Below, piece after piece: positions 31,901-37,829 of a stretch of DNA of 64,000 nt. Each line of letters starts with the position of its first letter. Positions within the stretch are counted from its first letter, which is position 1. This stretch comes from Candidatus Margulisiibacteriota bacterium (GTDB lineage Bacteria; Margulisbacteria; Marinamargulisbacteria; JBFWNS01): NCBI GenBank assembly GCA_050250935.1, contig JBFWNS010000004.1, forward strand, positions 96,001 to 160,000. Direction: 5' to 3'. Position numbers and translations under genes: made by a program. The notes under the pieces are model-generated. The model saw only the letters and a program-made list of their open reading frames with translations. It did not search any database and was not told the DNA's origin.

Positions 31901-34900
31901 CTTTTTCCATGTTGTTTAAAACAGCCCGATTAACGGTTACCACACCCTTGTTCCCAAACTGCAGGGCATTATCCCCCATCCCCTGTGCAAATGTTTGGGT
32001 AGGCGCACTGTTGTTCACACCCCCAAATACATTACTCTGACCCTTTTGGGCATTGGCAGCCAAACTGCTGTTTAACCCATCCAGTTCTTGCTGCTCGCCT
32101 TGGCTCAGGGTAGCGCCATTTCGTTTTTTATCATCCAGTTCTTTTTTACGGCGCTTCTTGGCATCCACATCGGCTGCAGAATCAGTGTCTTGCAAAGAGC
32201 TATCTTGATAACTTAAAAAATCCGACGTTACTTGCGGAATCGGCTTTACACTTAACATCCCAATTAAACCCACAATAAAGTTGCCAAAAAAATTCGCAAT
32301 AAACCCAGAAGCCTTATCCCAAGCATTGGCCGTCTCTTGAATTTTAAACCCTACTGCCCCACCCGTGGCCGTAAAGGGATCTGGTGCCCAGCACAACAAG
32401 GTATATAAAGCCGCTTTAGACCCTGCGATACTGGAATTAATAATGGCATCATAGCGGGTGTTCCAAGCGGTGGCTTGGCTGGCCATTTCTGTTACAAGGT
32501 CGGTGGATTGGGCCAACAGCTGCTGGTTATAGGTATCCACCATGGTTCCCACATTGCTCAAAATATTGGCCGAACTTTTGTTCCCAAACATTTGCTGCAT
32601 TTCGTTTTGAACCGCCCCATACAAAGCCGTTTCAACAAATACATAGATGGTTAAGACCATCATCACCTTTTGCAATTCGTTTTGGCTTTCCATGACCACG
32701 CCATAAGCAACCTGTTTGTATTCCAAGCCATCGGTTGCTTTTTCCAAACCGGCATTTTGAATATTACCAATGGCCCGAGACGCATAGTCCTCCAAACGTG
32801 ACACGTTGTTGGTGGCCGTGCCATAGCGGCTAATGTAGTTCAAACTCATGCTTTCATTATGGAAATGTTCGGCAGCCCAAGTGGCCCCAAAATCCAAAGA
32901 CGTTCCATAGGTTTGCGCTGGGATATCGATAGGCGGAAACGCCCCTTCTGGTGCTGGGTCTGGAGCCGTGGTAGCTGATGGAGCCGGAGGGGTTAAAATA
33001 TCGGTTTCAGGATCAAATTTATAGTTGGTTCGGTTGGGGGCATTGTTATGGGCAGCAAACAAGGAATTCCCAAATTGATCAATAATCCGGTTATAAAGCG
33101 CCGAGGTATCCGGCGGCGCTGGGGGATTATCATTCATCGCCTGCTGACCGGCTGGGGTGGATAGCGCATCGACATTAATCCCTGCCTGACTCAACATATA
33201 GGAATTGTCCACCATCAACGTTACTTTTTTAGCGGGATAATCGGCATGCTGGGCGTTGTTAATGGCATCAAACATCCAGCCTTCGGGATAGTTACCAATC
33301 GCCACCGAAAAAGCACGGTTTCCATACCAAGCAAAGGTTCTTTCCCACCAATTAAAATTGGGATACCCTGCCCCCAAATCGTTATTAAAATAGTTGGATT
33401 GTTCCATGGCATCGTAAGCGGCGGTGTTGTGATTGCCACTGGAATCCAACCAACCCCCATAGTCGTTATTTTCGAATTGGACTTTTCTTGGGGTCGCATT
33501 TTGAACTTGGCTAGGATCCGAAATTTGGCTGATGTTTCCATTGGCATCCACATACATGTAATAGTCGACATCGGTGGTATAAAACGAATCCACCTGGCCA
33601 GAAGCGTCTACACCTTGTGGCGCTGGCAATGGCGGAACTGTAATGGTTTGGCCTGAAGATCCATAGGTGGATTGAAAACCCGCATAGTCGCCCCAAATGT
33701 TTTTTCGGGTGGTGTCTATGGAATCCAGAGCAACTTTACCAATATTAACCGCAGCTCTTGCCGCCGCATCGGTTGGCAAAAAGGCCAACGCCATCACCGC
33801 AGTTGTAGCCGCACTGTTAACCATCCCCATTTGGCCTTCATACAAACGTTGATCTTTGCCCGCACTTTGGTTCCAAGCACTGGCAAACGTGGAAACCTCG
33901 GATTTATACGAATTGGTCAAGGTCTGTTCCGACAACATCAAATCGCCGATGGTGGAATCAAATTTACTGTGGTTTTGATATCGGTTTGAACCTGCAATCT
34001 GAGAGACTTGGGCTTCCACCGCATCATAAAGGGATTTTAAAATATCCAAAAAGGTTCTCATTTTGTTGTAGTAGTCGGCCAACAACATTTCTTGATCGGC
34101 TTGGGCGCCGCCCGCATTCACCAAAAAACCATCCCCTCTGGCTGCATCAAAAATAGGCATACTGGCCGCATAGGTTTTTCCAGGAAGCGTCGAATACGAA
34201 ACCACTGCTTGGGCAGAAGCATCAAAAGCCGTTCTGGCACTCACCGCATTTTGAACCAAAATATTCTCAAAAAAGACCCCTTGCTTGGAATCAAACAACC
34301 CTGTTGGGGCCTGACCTATATGCAACGCAGACACTGTATTGTCCAACCCTATCGCATAGCGGCTGTTGTAATCCCGGCTCAACGATCCGCTAACTTGCAT
34401 GGTATTGGGCAAGAACCATTCGTTGACCGCCAATTCTTTGCTGTTATACTCCGCAGCAGGCTTTGAAATTTCAACCGCTGCTGTTGCAATACTGGACAAC
34501 GCATACACCCAGTAAGACGCCGGAAAACCAAAAACAGTGGTCGCAGCCCCAATAATTTGACCGGCAATAACCGTGGCCGCAACCGTTGCAATGTTTGCCG
34601 TTGTAACCCCCACGGCAATCCCCATATTCACGTTGGCTTTAAACAAATCCAATCGCGACATCAACAGGGTGTTAACCGTGTCACCCAAAGTCATATAGTC
34701 CGAGGCCATGTTGTCAAAAAACATGGTAATTTTGCCCAATTCGGAATTCATAGCTGTTTCTACTGCTGCTGGAATCGAGTTGGACGAGGGGTTTTTCTTG
34801 CCGCCAACCATGTCTTCGGCAATTTCACGACGGCGGGCCATTAAGGCATTGGAAAAAATCAAAAACTGGCGAACATTGCCCACATAGTTCACCACATATT

Positions 34901-37655
34901 GGCGCATGCGGTTGATGGCTTCCACGTTCACATCCACAAAAAACTGGGTTTGGTTTTGACGACCCGGAAAAAGCCCTGCCCTGGCAAACAACGCTTGGTT
35001 GACATTTGGACTCACGTTGCTGCTTTCGCTAGCGGCCATAAAGCCAGTGGACGCATAAACGTTGGTCAGTCCCTCATGGGCCGCGCCCGCAACATCGGCA
35101 GAAACCAGCTGGGCATTCAGATTCGTATCGATGGTCTGGCTTAAGATATCGTGAATAGCACCACCCGTTACTGCGGAAGTAGACATGGAACCATCCGAAG
35201 ACACTGCCCCTAAATTCACGGTTGCCAAACTGTGAAGCCGTTGTAAGAAATTGGCTTTGGACAACAATTCCGAAGACGTCGTGGTCGACATCATGTTATA
35301 GATTTTGGTTCCAAATTGGTCCGCACGGTTGTGAACCTGAACCTGCTGACCATTCACATCCACCACAGTTCCGGCCTGAACCTCCTGGGCGGTAGTCCCC
35401 GCATTCCACAACTGAATCCCATTGCCCCCAACCTGGGCCCCCGTGGTGGGATCCACACGACCGGTCAAGACCTGCTCGACAATGTTGGTATAGGCCGAAA
35501 CGTTTAAGGCTTGGGTTTTGGCATCCAATTGCCGCAATTGGGCAGTGGCCTTTGCCCTAGAAAGGGTAAAAGCTCCGGTTAACATATCCGATAATTCAGA
35601 ACCCAAACCGGCACCAAACGAAGCCACGATGGCCGCCACTGGGTTCCCTGCATCTGTGGTTCTGGCAAACTGTTGAATTTGAAAATCCACTTGGGCAACA
35701 GCCGTTGTATTGGCTTGTTTAACATAGTTGTACAGCTGCCCCCCAACCTCTTGAACAAAGGTATTGGCTTTTTCATTGAACTTGTTCATGGCATCCATGA
35801 AGCGTTGTTGTTCTTTTTCCCCGTCTTCGTGGCTTTTTTTCAGATATTGTTTGGTCTCTTCGGACAAATGGCTGGTGCCAATCTCGTAGGCTTCATTAAA
35901 AATAAATTGCTCATAGGAACTGGCCAGCTGAAACAAAAGGGTGATTTGAGATATGGTTTTTCGAACGTCCTCCATATAGTCCAACAAATAGTTGGGCCGA
36001 AGGGTCGTGGTATAGATGGGGATATTCAACGCGCCCCCATCGGTAATATTGGTTTTGGTAATCGAGAAAAATTTAAATTCGGTGTCGGTTGCCCCATCGC
36101 TCAGGTTAATGGGCTTCATGGCCGTATAAATGACACCGCCATTCGGGTTGGAGGAAGTCCCAGGGTGGGCATTGCGAATCGCCACCCAATCGGTGTAGTT
36201 CACCATCATGTTTTTGGTCGACCACGTTCCATCGGCATTTTGAATTTGATTGATGTAAAAATAGGTAGGACTGGAACTGGTATTACTGGCCACTTCTTGG
36301 GCCAACCGCTGGGCATTGGTCAAATGGGTAACCGGAACAACCGTTCCCCCCAGGGTATAGTTCAACGGCACATACATGGTGGCCACTTTGCCATCTGGCC
36401 CTAAAATATAGTCATAGCTGGTTTGAGCAATCGTAACTGCGCTGTTCAAGTTCGAATCGTACCGTTTGCCATCGGTCACCATCGGGGTCTGGATCACCTC
36501 TTGAAGCCGAGAATTCAACAGCTGCATGCTGTTGTTAATCTGCCAAACCACAGGGTTATTGGTGCCCGTAGAAGAAAACGAAGCAAACGTCGTCCCAGGA
36601 GGCAAAGAAATTTGAAGTGCCGTCTGAAAATCGGCTGCGATGGCCTGATATTTAACAAAGACTTTCTCGTTGGCCTCGAAAACCAGTTTAAAATTCAATT
36701 CGTCAAGGGAAACTGCAGGCAAATTACCTGTACCATCCAAAGCCAAAACGTCACCAGAGTCGGCTTTAAATTTTACCAAAGCGTGGGCAACTGAATTGTT
36801 TTGCTCGTCCCCCAAATAACCTGCAGCCAGGGTTACTTTGTTGTAAATATCGGTTTCAGAATACCCTTTTAACTTTAAGGCATTCATCAAAATCGAGGCT
36901 TGAACAATGGCAATATCTTCGCAATCGCCGGTTTTCAACAGCAGGGTTTCATCGGCCGATTGCCAATAGTTGAGCTTGCCATCGCTTTTATAGGAAATGT
37001 TGTTTTGAACCCAACTTAAAACGGCAGACGCCATGTCTGAATCCGACTGATTGGCCGACAATACCCCAGACGCCACCAACTCTTGAACCACAGCCTTGGC
37101 TGCAGCAGAATCGTCCGTCACTTTATAGGCCCGTTGGCGATAATTTAGTTCTTCGGGCGACAAACCATAGCTGCTTGCCAAATAATCCCGAACAGATTTG
37201 GCCGTTTCGAAAGGATCGGAAGGGTCTACAGGCAGCTCTTCCAGGGTTTTACCCAAGGTTTTACACTCTTCGGCAGACAAACCGGCCTCGTCGGCAAGCT
37301 CTGGATTTTGCTGAACAAGGGACAAAAATTTACGAATAAACACCAAATCGTCGCTAGAGACATAGCCCGTTTTCAAAAAATCTTTCAAAACCACCGCTTC
37401 GTATTCAGAAATTCGCTGGGGCAACACAGACGCTTCTGGAGCTAACCGGTCAACAAACTGACCCAATTTATACCGAACTGCCGGCGACATCGCGCTGACT
37501 GCCCCCAAAGGAATCGCAGAATAGTTTTGTTGAAACGCCTGTTGCTGAAGATACTGTTCCGAAGTGGAGACCCCACCATCTGTCGACGAATTGTCGGTAT
37601 CAATGTCATACGAATTGGTGCTAATCGAGGATGCATTTAGGCCGAGATCAGACAT
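16947..37655 (-). CDS. Giant ~6,900-aa protein: N-terminal transglutaminase-like cysteine protease domain, repeated hydrophobic translocator-like modules and a long helical body
   Basis: 20.7-kb uninterrupted ORF; RBS AAGGAG before ATG 37655; YxSD...YWQSADETL...GDCED...HA...LD motif at aa ~225-310. Confidence 0.88.
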   Translation of the reverse strand: MSDLGLNASSISTNSYDIDTDNSSTDGGVSTSEQYLQQQAFQQNYSAIPLGAVSAMSPAVRYKLGQFVDRLAPEASVLPQRISEYEAVVLKDFLKTGYVSSDDLVFIRKFLSLVQQNPELADEAGLSAEECKTLGKTLEELPVDPSDPFETAKSVRDYLASSYGLSPEELNYRQRAYKVTDDSAAAKAVVQELVASGVLSANQSDSDMASAVLSWVQNNISYKSDGKLNYWQSADETLLLKTGDCEDIAIVQASILMNALKLKGYSETDIYNKVTLAAGYLGDEQNNSVAHALVKFKADSGDVLALDGTGNLPAVSLDELNFKLVFEANEKVFVKYQAIAADFQTALQISLPPGTTFASFSSTGTNNPVVWQINNSMQLLNSRLQEVIQTPMVTDGKRYDSNLNSAVTIAQTSYDYILGPDGKVATMYVPLNYTLGGTVVPVTHLTNAQRLAQEVASNTSSSPTYFYINQIQNADGTWSTKNMMVNYTDWVAIRNAHPGTSSNPNGGVIYTAMKPINLSDGATDTEFKFFSITKTNITDGGALNIPIYTTTLRPNYLLDYMEDVRKTISQITLLFQLASSYEQFIFNEAYEIGTSHLSEETKQYLKKSHEDGEKEQQRFMDAMNKFNEKANTFVQEVGGQLYNYVKQANTTAVAQVDFQIQQFARTTDAGNPVAAIVASFGAGLGSELSDMLTGAFTLSRAKATAQLRQLDAKTQALNVSAYTNIVEQVLTGRVDPTTGAQVGGNGIQLWNAGTTAQEVQAGTVVDVNGQQVQVHNRADQFGTKIYNMMSTTTSSELLSKANFLQRLHSLATVNLGAVSSDGSMSTSAVTGGAIHDILSQTIDTNLNAQLVSADVAGAAHEGLTNVYASTGFMAASESSNVSPNVNQALFARAGLFPGRQNQTQFFVDVNVEAINRMRQYVVNYVGNVRQFLIFSNALMARRREIAEDMVGGKKNPSSNSIPAAVETAMNSELGKITMFFDNMASDYMTLGDTVNTLLMSRLDLFKANVNMGIAVGVTTANIATVAATVIAGQIIGAATTVFGFPASYWVYALSSIATAAVEISKPAAEYNSKELAVNEWFLPNTMQVSGSLSRDYNSRYAIGLDNTVSALHIGQAPTGLFDSKQGVFFENILVQNAVSARTAFDASAQAVVSYSTLPGKTYAASMPIFDAARGDGFLVNAGGAQADQEMLLADYYNKMRTFLDILKSLYDAVEAQVSQIAGSNRYQNHSKFDSTIGDLMLSEQTLTNSYKSEVSTFASAWNQSAGKDQRLYEGQMGMVNSAATTAVMALAFLPTDAAARAAVNIGKVALDSIDTTRKNIWGDYAGFQSTYGSSGQTITVPPLPAPQGVDASGQVDSFYTTDVDYYMYVDANGNISQISDPSQVQNATPRKVQFENNDYGGWLDSSGNHNTAAYDAMEQSNYFNNDLGAGYPNFNWWERTFAWYGNRAFSVAIGNYPEGWMFDAINNAQHADYPAKKVTLMVDNSYMLSQAGINVDALSTPAGQQAMNDNPPAPPDTSALYNRIIDQFGNSLFAAHNNAPNRTNYKFDPETDILTPPAPSATTAPDPAPEGAFPPIDIPAQTYGTSLDFGATWAAEHFHNESMSLNYISRYGTATNNVSRLEDYASRAIGNIQNAGLEKATDGLEYKQVAYGVVMESQNELQKVMMVLTIYVFVETALYGAVQNEMQQMFGNKSSANILSNVGTMVDTYNQQLLAQSTDLVTEMASQATAWNTRYDAIINSSIAGSKAALYTLLCWAPDPFTATGGAVGFKIQETANAWDKASGFIANFFGNFIVGLIGMLSVKPIPQVTSDFLSYQDSSLQDTDSAADVDAKKRRKKELDDKKRNGATLSQGEQQELDGLNSSLAANAQKGQSNVFGGVNNSAPTQTFAQGMGDNALQFGNKGVVTVNRAVLNNMEKALRRKMNLVRTERDLAIALADARSNALGDLTGSDAVKAYKLIQQALDPDKAFFQTQLTVARNQFAAFQNKADMMNKAIDRIKEAVSQLVTGTITLIMNVALKAESARKKNASTQIKTTVNPVGPQARAAAKAKPGKAGAAPKPPKTEAQRAAKIDAATDRKKQFLRLLLMPLITQFVVDVVLSAISASTGGEGGSFQNARFDSNISPAQQTALATPNMDAAASSAEGASMGMDNAGLADTGMLENAIVTAQMQQSTVDINKRNLQKLIDAFKDLSAPLKEFMEGLLEIAKKAATTKLDQKNELAVQQKARDGVEPGKPGAAVRGIKGLHAFLKGDPKPGQEGYDKFIQAKQTRQASMTPNQIRAEKARDFFKNILRVLVLILLNFLGARSGLINATLYGGGGGGASGIFRSQDEVERDFRSKFEDRERDQALKGAAAGESPGSRSAQLAHLNVIQADIRTGGNLDAISSELAALKAGVAPGSPLAARIDAIEQRINARLTVARAQAQIARGVVTAQLLEDAGLAPVGQGVQAMTALTQSGLVVGDRVQEQHNGVGGFSLNAKGRAAFEASAVGRSAVGRNILANLKSNTGVQAYYGTVQGLGAELGELRDLVLAESAPLVAMAADRKSLMDQLAVADASAAVSTPAGAPLPAAPPVQAAGVAGAGVAPVLTPSQQLRQQLDALQTNMDTQAAAQAKLMDAFGSVIDRFSAVNDKAVGATSQLQFNEYLAQRAAGVPTLAVSSVFSSAAQTNRAVVAGISAPLDAQAQADLDGVTAALNANTAAGSTTAAGAAPASVAGQAFSAALARLNSTAAGVTSAAKKAFDGVARQFILGIEFLDRREADPSIFSATGIDQKFDQDFRARAGDIPLLRNQVLRDLRTSDIGVDVDEIRVSGFARDFADIRDKIDKNNNDREAKRALLDQSAQLAFYLNGEIERNGIDAAASLLTKVIGNVGGDAGKAVGALVLQRLTGQTGQDKSGQTLGGHLAKAMLAGVSGSSDTSLREVVSGAVSGTLNRNSIVTGATPPQGAARTVVNTLSFGLLNTYLFSDSKLDLEFDSKYFFETRQQGSGTARQAVRDGALAVGRGLKNVGSKLLNIGKLIGGVVAAPFAAVGGFFYGGVQAARKSYADSQAWINNGNPRTKGARKFAAGLKAFGAFLVGGLKGLVQTPLRVMKSVVNNIRRGSENADQRHLRASQTALLARSESQMNRMDRESKAELIASLSDDDLAGSAFVNNARLLESTAQALQSTIDDLDPATAAAPLTPQQVQQRQTAQKAIERLTSVAVSRGIPKADLPRPLQQYYDSQRKHLDAVAALADKVIEGDLSDTVLSTPSATDVEQVFRSSETRELQANDLRILAQSEFKLANLISDAVDQGRAEDVDRFLKRLAQTNASRSIQDKVARALYELGTLDQVSKKIDDVVSRVTTSVGVTQAVQPGQAPLSHLKVFQRFLTAYVPQVQAPLAPGQQKDETPAEVVDRKDRNLDRLGVELSNGATLRQVLLDDETRRKLAAAIAQGVFLNSAAVGHLLSLVATQSESVQDRFATDFVSAITALNSSRTVASRVDVVKAMEKVVKASPSNGDLKKLAEKITTTYTSALYQPAARLLSSVATRNEAVGFFNTRGNSKEAQTLFREMALDNPTEAVALISDLRTINPVMASTLFSSIQTQVSSNLSSGALINLLQLSKGVVDDTTAEMNDSLTSLNGQLGAVLGSGHGVLQSLVRPGGRTVSALLTLVNNATLQAADLPDLQLALNALQGARPQQSTPALDTLLAILTLRNQAQTLQAQVSDASREKISSDAERRHLQAATSAIAAKAFRHLETGQGAYQDFAQDLATLRRTLTTIPVGVSRALAAVGASPNVAQVQNLYAAIETEAKDMTSAQFQQLRSLAGLAAFSLAHGGAVNLQIQALQAKALGDFLVVASNKQLGNLVGLRVPMNQAGGTLTVVNLIPDMLAVPAGTTRAQLAEKMTMAQRLLSSPNLAIRAAVLSEVKTLLAFNKTQNIGLNTTALVDTVEKQTPPTLESLDILSSEGRAVKLEDVTAALTAVQFALPTPTPTTFSALAALPGLPALARDIANRFVVGEAGTAALQKLGSDFPPSQATLAAMTGADWTALVDPSFVNQLHQTNPDAFVRLSAIVSSQAGLAAYQVSFPGVVPLQVLGASAQVSPEAQAKLRVISNLQRHAAGNVVSLVLDALQHPANVRNAQTILTGAMVGLSLAELKSLVGVMQHDVTFLGTILGHSSLSAADLAAGSAKLEQLHADIEMDRMAGRPTLSTQVGLAVKQQMLDVQAKQQDGLTEMSNLAQKVLRAVMKGSGEKAYLGHLAKLRGQLVAHYSSNPDRYKDPAFKAAYDKALKAEGSGAAQINTMMAFFELAQTKGVFDPHRLNLVNTTKGYLQVALAREILVGNGKEAGLDAKAKTALLTAITQDPGKVGNLFSNMARVPDLGTLVANLLGGIPMDQQETLLGGLMTQQVVTQLQGAGPDALRTFFEQVSTSVSPKFVFAKMSVQAQVALVNTMRQTAPDAAADLLGMASPPAGAAPAAIDQYWTDLMNGVNLVVPQAQVPTQLQDDTLSFVLRKTGALDADYPRLTAALGTYNAATMDPTQVGYDAAAHMAFKSAVGEASGSQAQARLVLDIIQKRGIAEAQRIVVLAGAIPNTLAGSVPTAAGAFLTNYGPATSDSLTFFATMDQLGKTNPVRAKAWLAVLAQYASGNKNGASQVQIDNAKIVLGQLMSSPLQARLLRDHIGSIPSTRPSFGMFVSLASSGALGTQATAQLMQMPAIRSAVIQIPTAFNPPIPLPQTIMGNNGTWNTAIRSTADLNDRLRAADIEQGSPVAQAVVAAWQADIQALSPQVLVSVLANLSKDSKLAPVNLLSLLPSAQQVAVLNHAQDTHQMQAIAPHLNNVATTIQSELTAPALVPGSLTHTLVSALRAAPGSPLKPDMALGLLSALEAQPAVVVDVLAKALEGQNDVNTDRILKQIFESPTFLSGSAHRNEIVLALTTRLAEDPQSYSGILTFLGSMHAFGTGAPTSVPKEVMVTMGLVVLDFTQRLATQPLRYPQHQGYLNSEMYFDLIRLSGSVPAGGLNAQVLGTIAFGGLDDPAFAGSLAKMQTNNPRVFAAVVTNPDFIAYMSNTMGYIQQVQQAGAPPVWQTVPISQQQVQRLTQQFVLTLGAAQQAQAQAQAQAQVQAVETIVSRMVSLVNANNQLRAAAAAKAAAGAPAGAMVGVALGAPPAQPAGAPVPAPVGAPYPRAISQLANGRFTGTANMESDTQLVQAYPSARADLLEGLRSVDRVTGTAEAFPLDATTRAMLSGGENGLLGSALSSDTTDSAEPTSPEVEARIHSAGAHVLDRMAATMRQMVLHGQIDRQMLVNYRAILTQLAPTSAKAREQLSAISRHLQAHYAKTARINRFTRLSEVDRNVGRAKVFVKELLKDTTLSKEQKLAALQAYIGEASGPEAGIMIRAFRHAVKSERNWIQNPEYKDILSGLITHAARTSPREFQVGTTVSDALRKLFDDQMKTLIKGDDPMTAFNVVMQSLENTPVLSDGNTAKTVAFLGRILSDSYVSYRGNIRHLGRMLVRKISSAGDGQLRADQKPPTSALQNGLRQILLGKKPTHSRVVFVALEQLATQHRIDVDFAFDAIAHEDAERNNALRDYLDYASFDKNGDPVTAEAVVEALKTHQLVDDQLRPNQMIDTRLIVNAAPSALSTVITALANGNAPGTAQYNAVKPKVMKIVERLNLVYASKVPKAGLPLTLTQPNSILQPNSTPRRRVTAQDMMSHAYLPGLSPAQTRARAQALATQINSAFSARSQLFWSQMPDATRQSLEASGLKLEDAYAQLYENGYLVEDQLTEAFNAAGGFSLLGQPVSADSIQRWTSSTSPFPGAPVVINSNPPVYTLGASVQESQAFVALLKTNGLLDDQGQVTARGLDVQSGAVSFDWAQKLGADPILARFAPSSVGVAQHVLGMLAAKAGPLSSVRQADQAGVQDTVFKALQTLQTSRQESLNANMALMLEQSPALVMPARVPFASGPSSPTAAGEAQRAWRDPEFSYLDFLQDRIKTDPSGDTHRMRAAVMEKMLQKDPVKLLGFVLSYSAFDTLEMLSDKTISAKVRQSILSQLGDRDREDFKDSKAVIADRCQDILRTVGSELARVATGGTTTLDAETLVGIVSQFPQSMVNLELPLGPVRNAFVRLTGLDLGTVQAQHMGNRASGAAKLTAAAPPALAQLTVKESLEMGLALDDPRFARGQSLTTILAVATIMDKNTGTATHMGRLQKTIQEKANQQGLSKAEWVAGQLALQGATPESMRAAIQLMGEAPEKSKPFIQTLTQLATPAGALAMAVRLGAPSASFTPVERKALAAMGQTGFAALLAPAGLNAIQQGRLTAEIQVHMALNTSGQTFDRAAAALYQDANKAGLALLSYYGLEGELSKKLAGRTGVNLAVLSDRQAGQIRSVDSSEQLALANRGELLNTPGRFEALVNSVLAKPEEALKLTAEQRQFLVDEITTPTRPSPSPVPLGAVTRLQAATVSDALGYYAGVAATDQSGLTAAIVPEWREALLVAVASSPTNFFTEIRNIDARNGNGNAEIELRNNILAVMPNVPGGPFALQAQLSPPAPFALDDPAIAANMRTFLDALNASVAPPVLPAVAAGMPLAMPALAVPGAVPALVQQAVVQELSAQLAIMPQIPNHAVVTQLHADVLAGTIPVTDPAVLAQLPPDLAQVVRTPALQRVRYDIASLTHGNAGFAQNNLTAVTQSLLAHPADLASLTATERNTLATSLGAVGADQAVVDAVRGVASTFGYFVANALTPIPVPAAGQPIQLPDDWNQSIQAVLTLDAGALQTLSALGQEPALRANMTLAIDAVLVPLTTTAALRAQNAARIQSLEALKVKINGAPAAPPAAAIAPLALPALMADADIKAHFANGKPPVDPRMAVHAPAAQLHRAAKTQDIANEIARFQQGSGTLQSFKLLLTRLAEVEARA

Positions 37656-37829
37656 AGAACCCAACTCCTTTTTTACGCATTCAGTCTTCTTCGGCCAGGC
37701 TCAATAGCCCAACCCGGACACTCGTGTGCCCTTAAGAGGTACATCGACACAAAATAGCCTAGGCTATGTACCTAATTTTTTTGGTTTGTTCCCTTATTTT
37801 TTCACCCCATCAATGCTATCGTTTGAACC

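Noticed and set aside
16947..37655. Giant ORF as RTX/MARTX, Rhs, filamentous haemagglutinin, NRPS/PKS or phage tape measure
   Set aside because: No GGxGxD, YD, TPS or adenylation/ketosynthase motifs seen, and no T1SS, TpsB or phage genes nearby.
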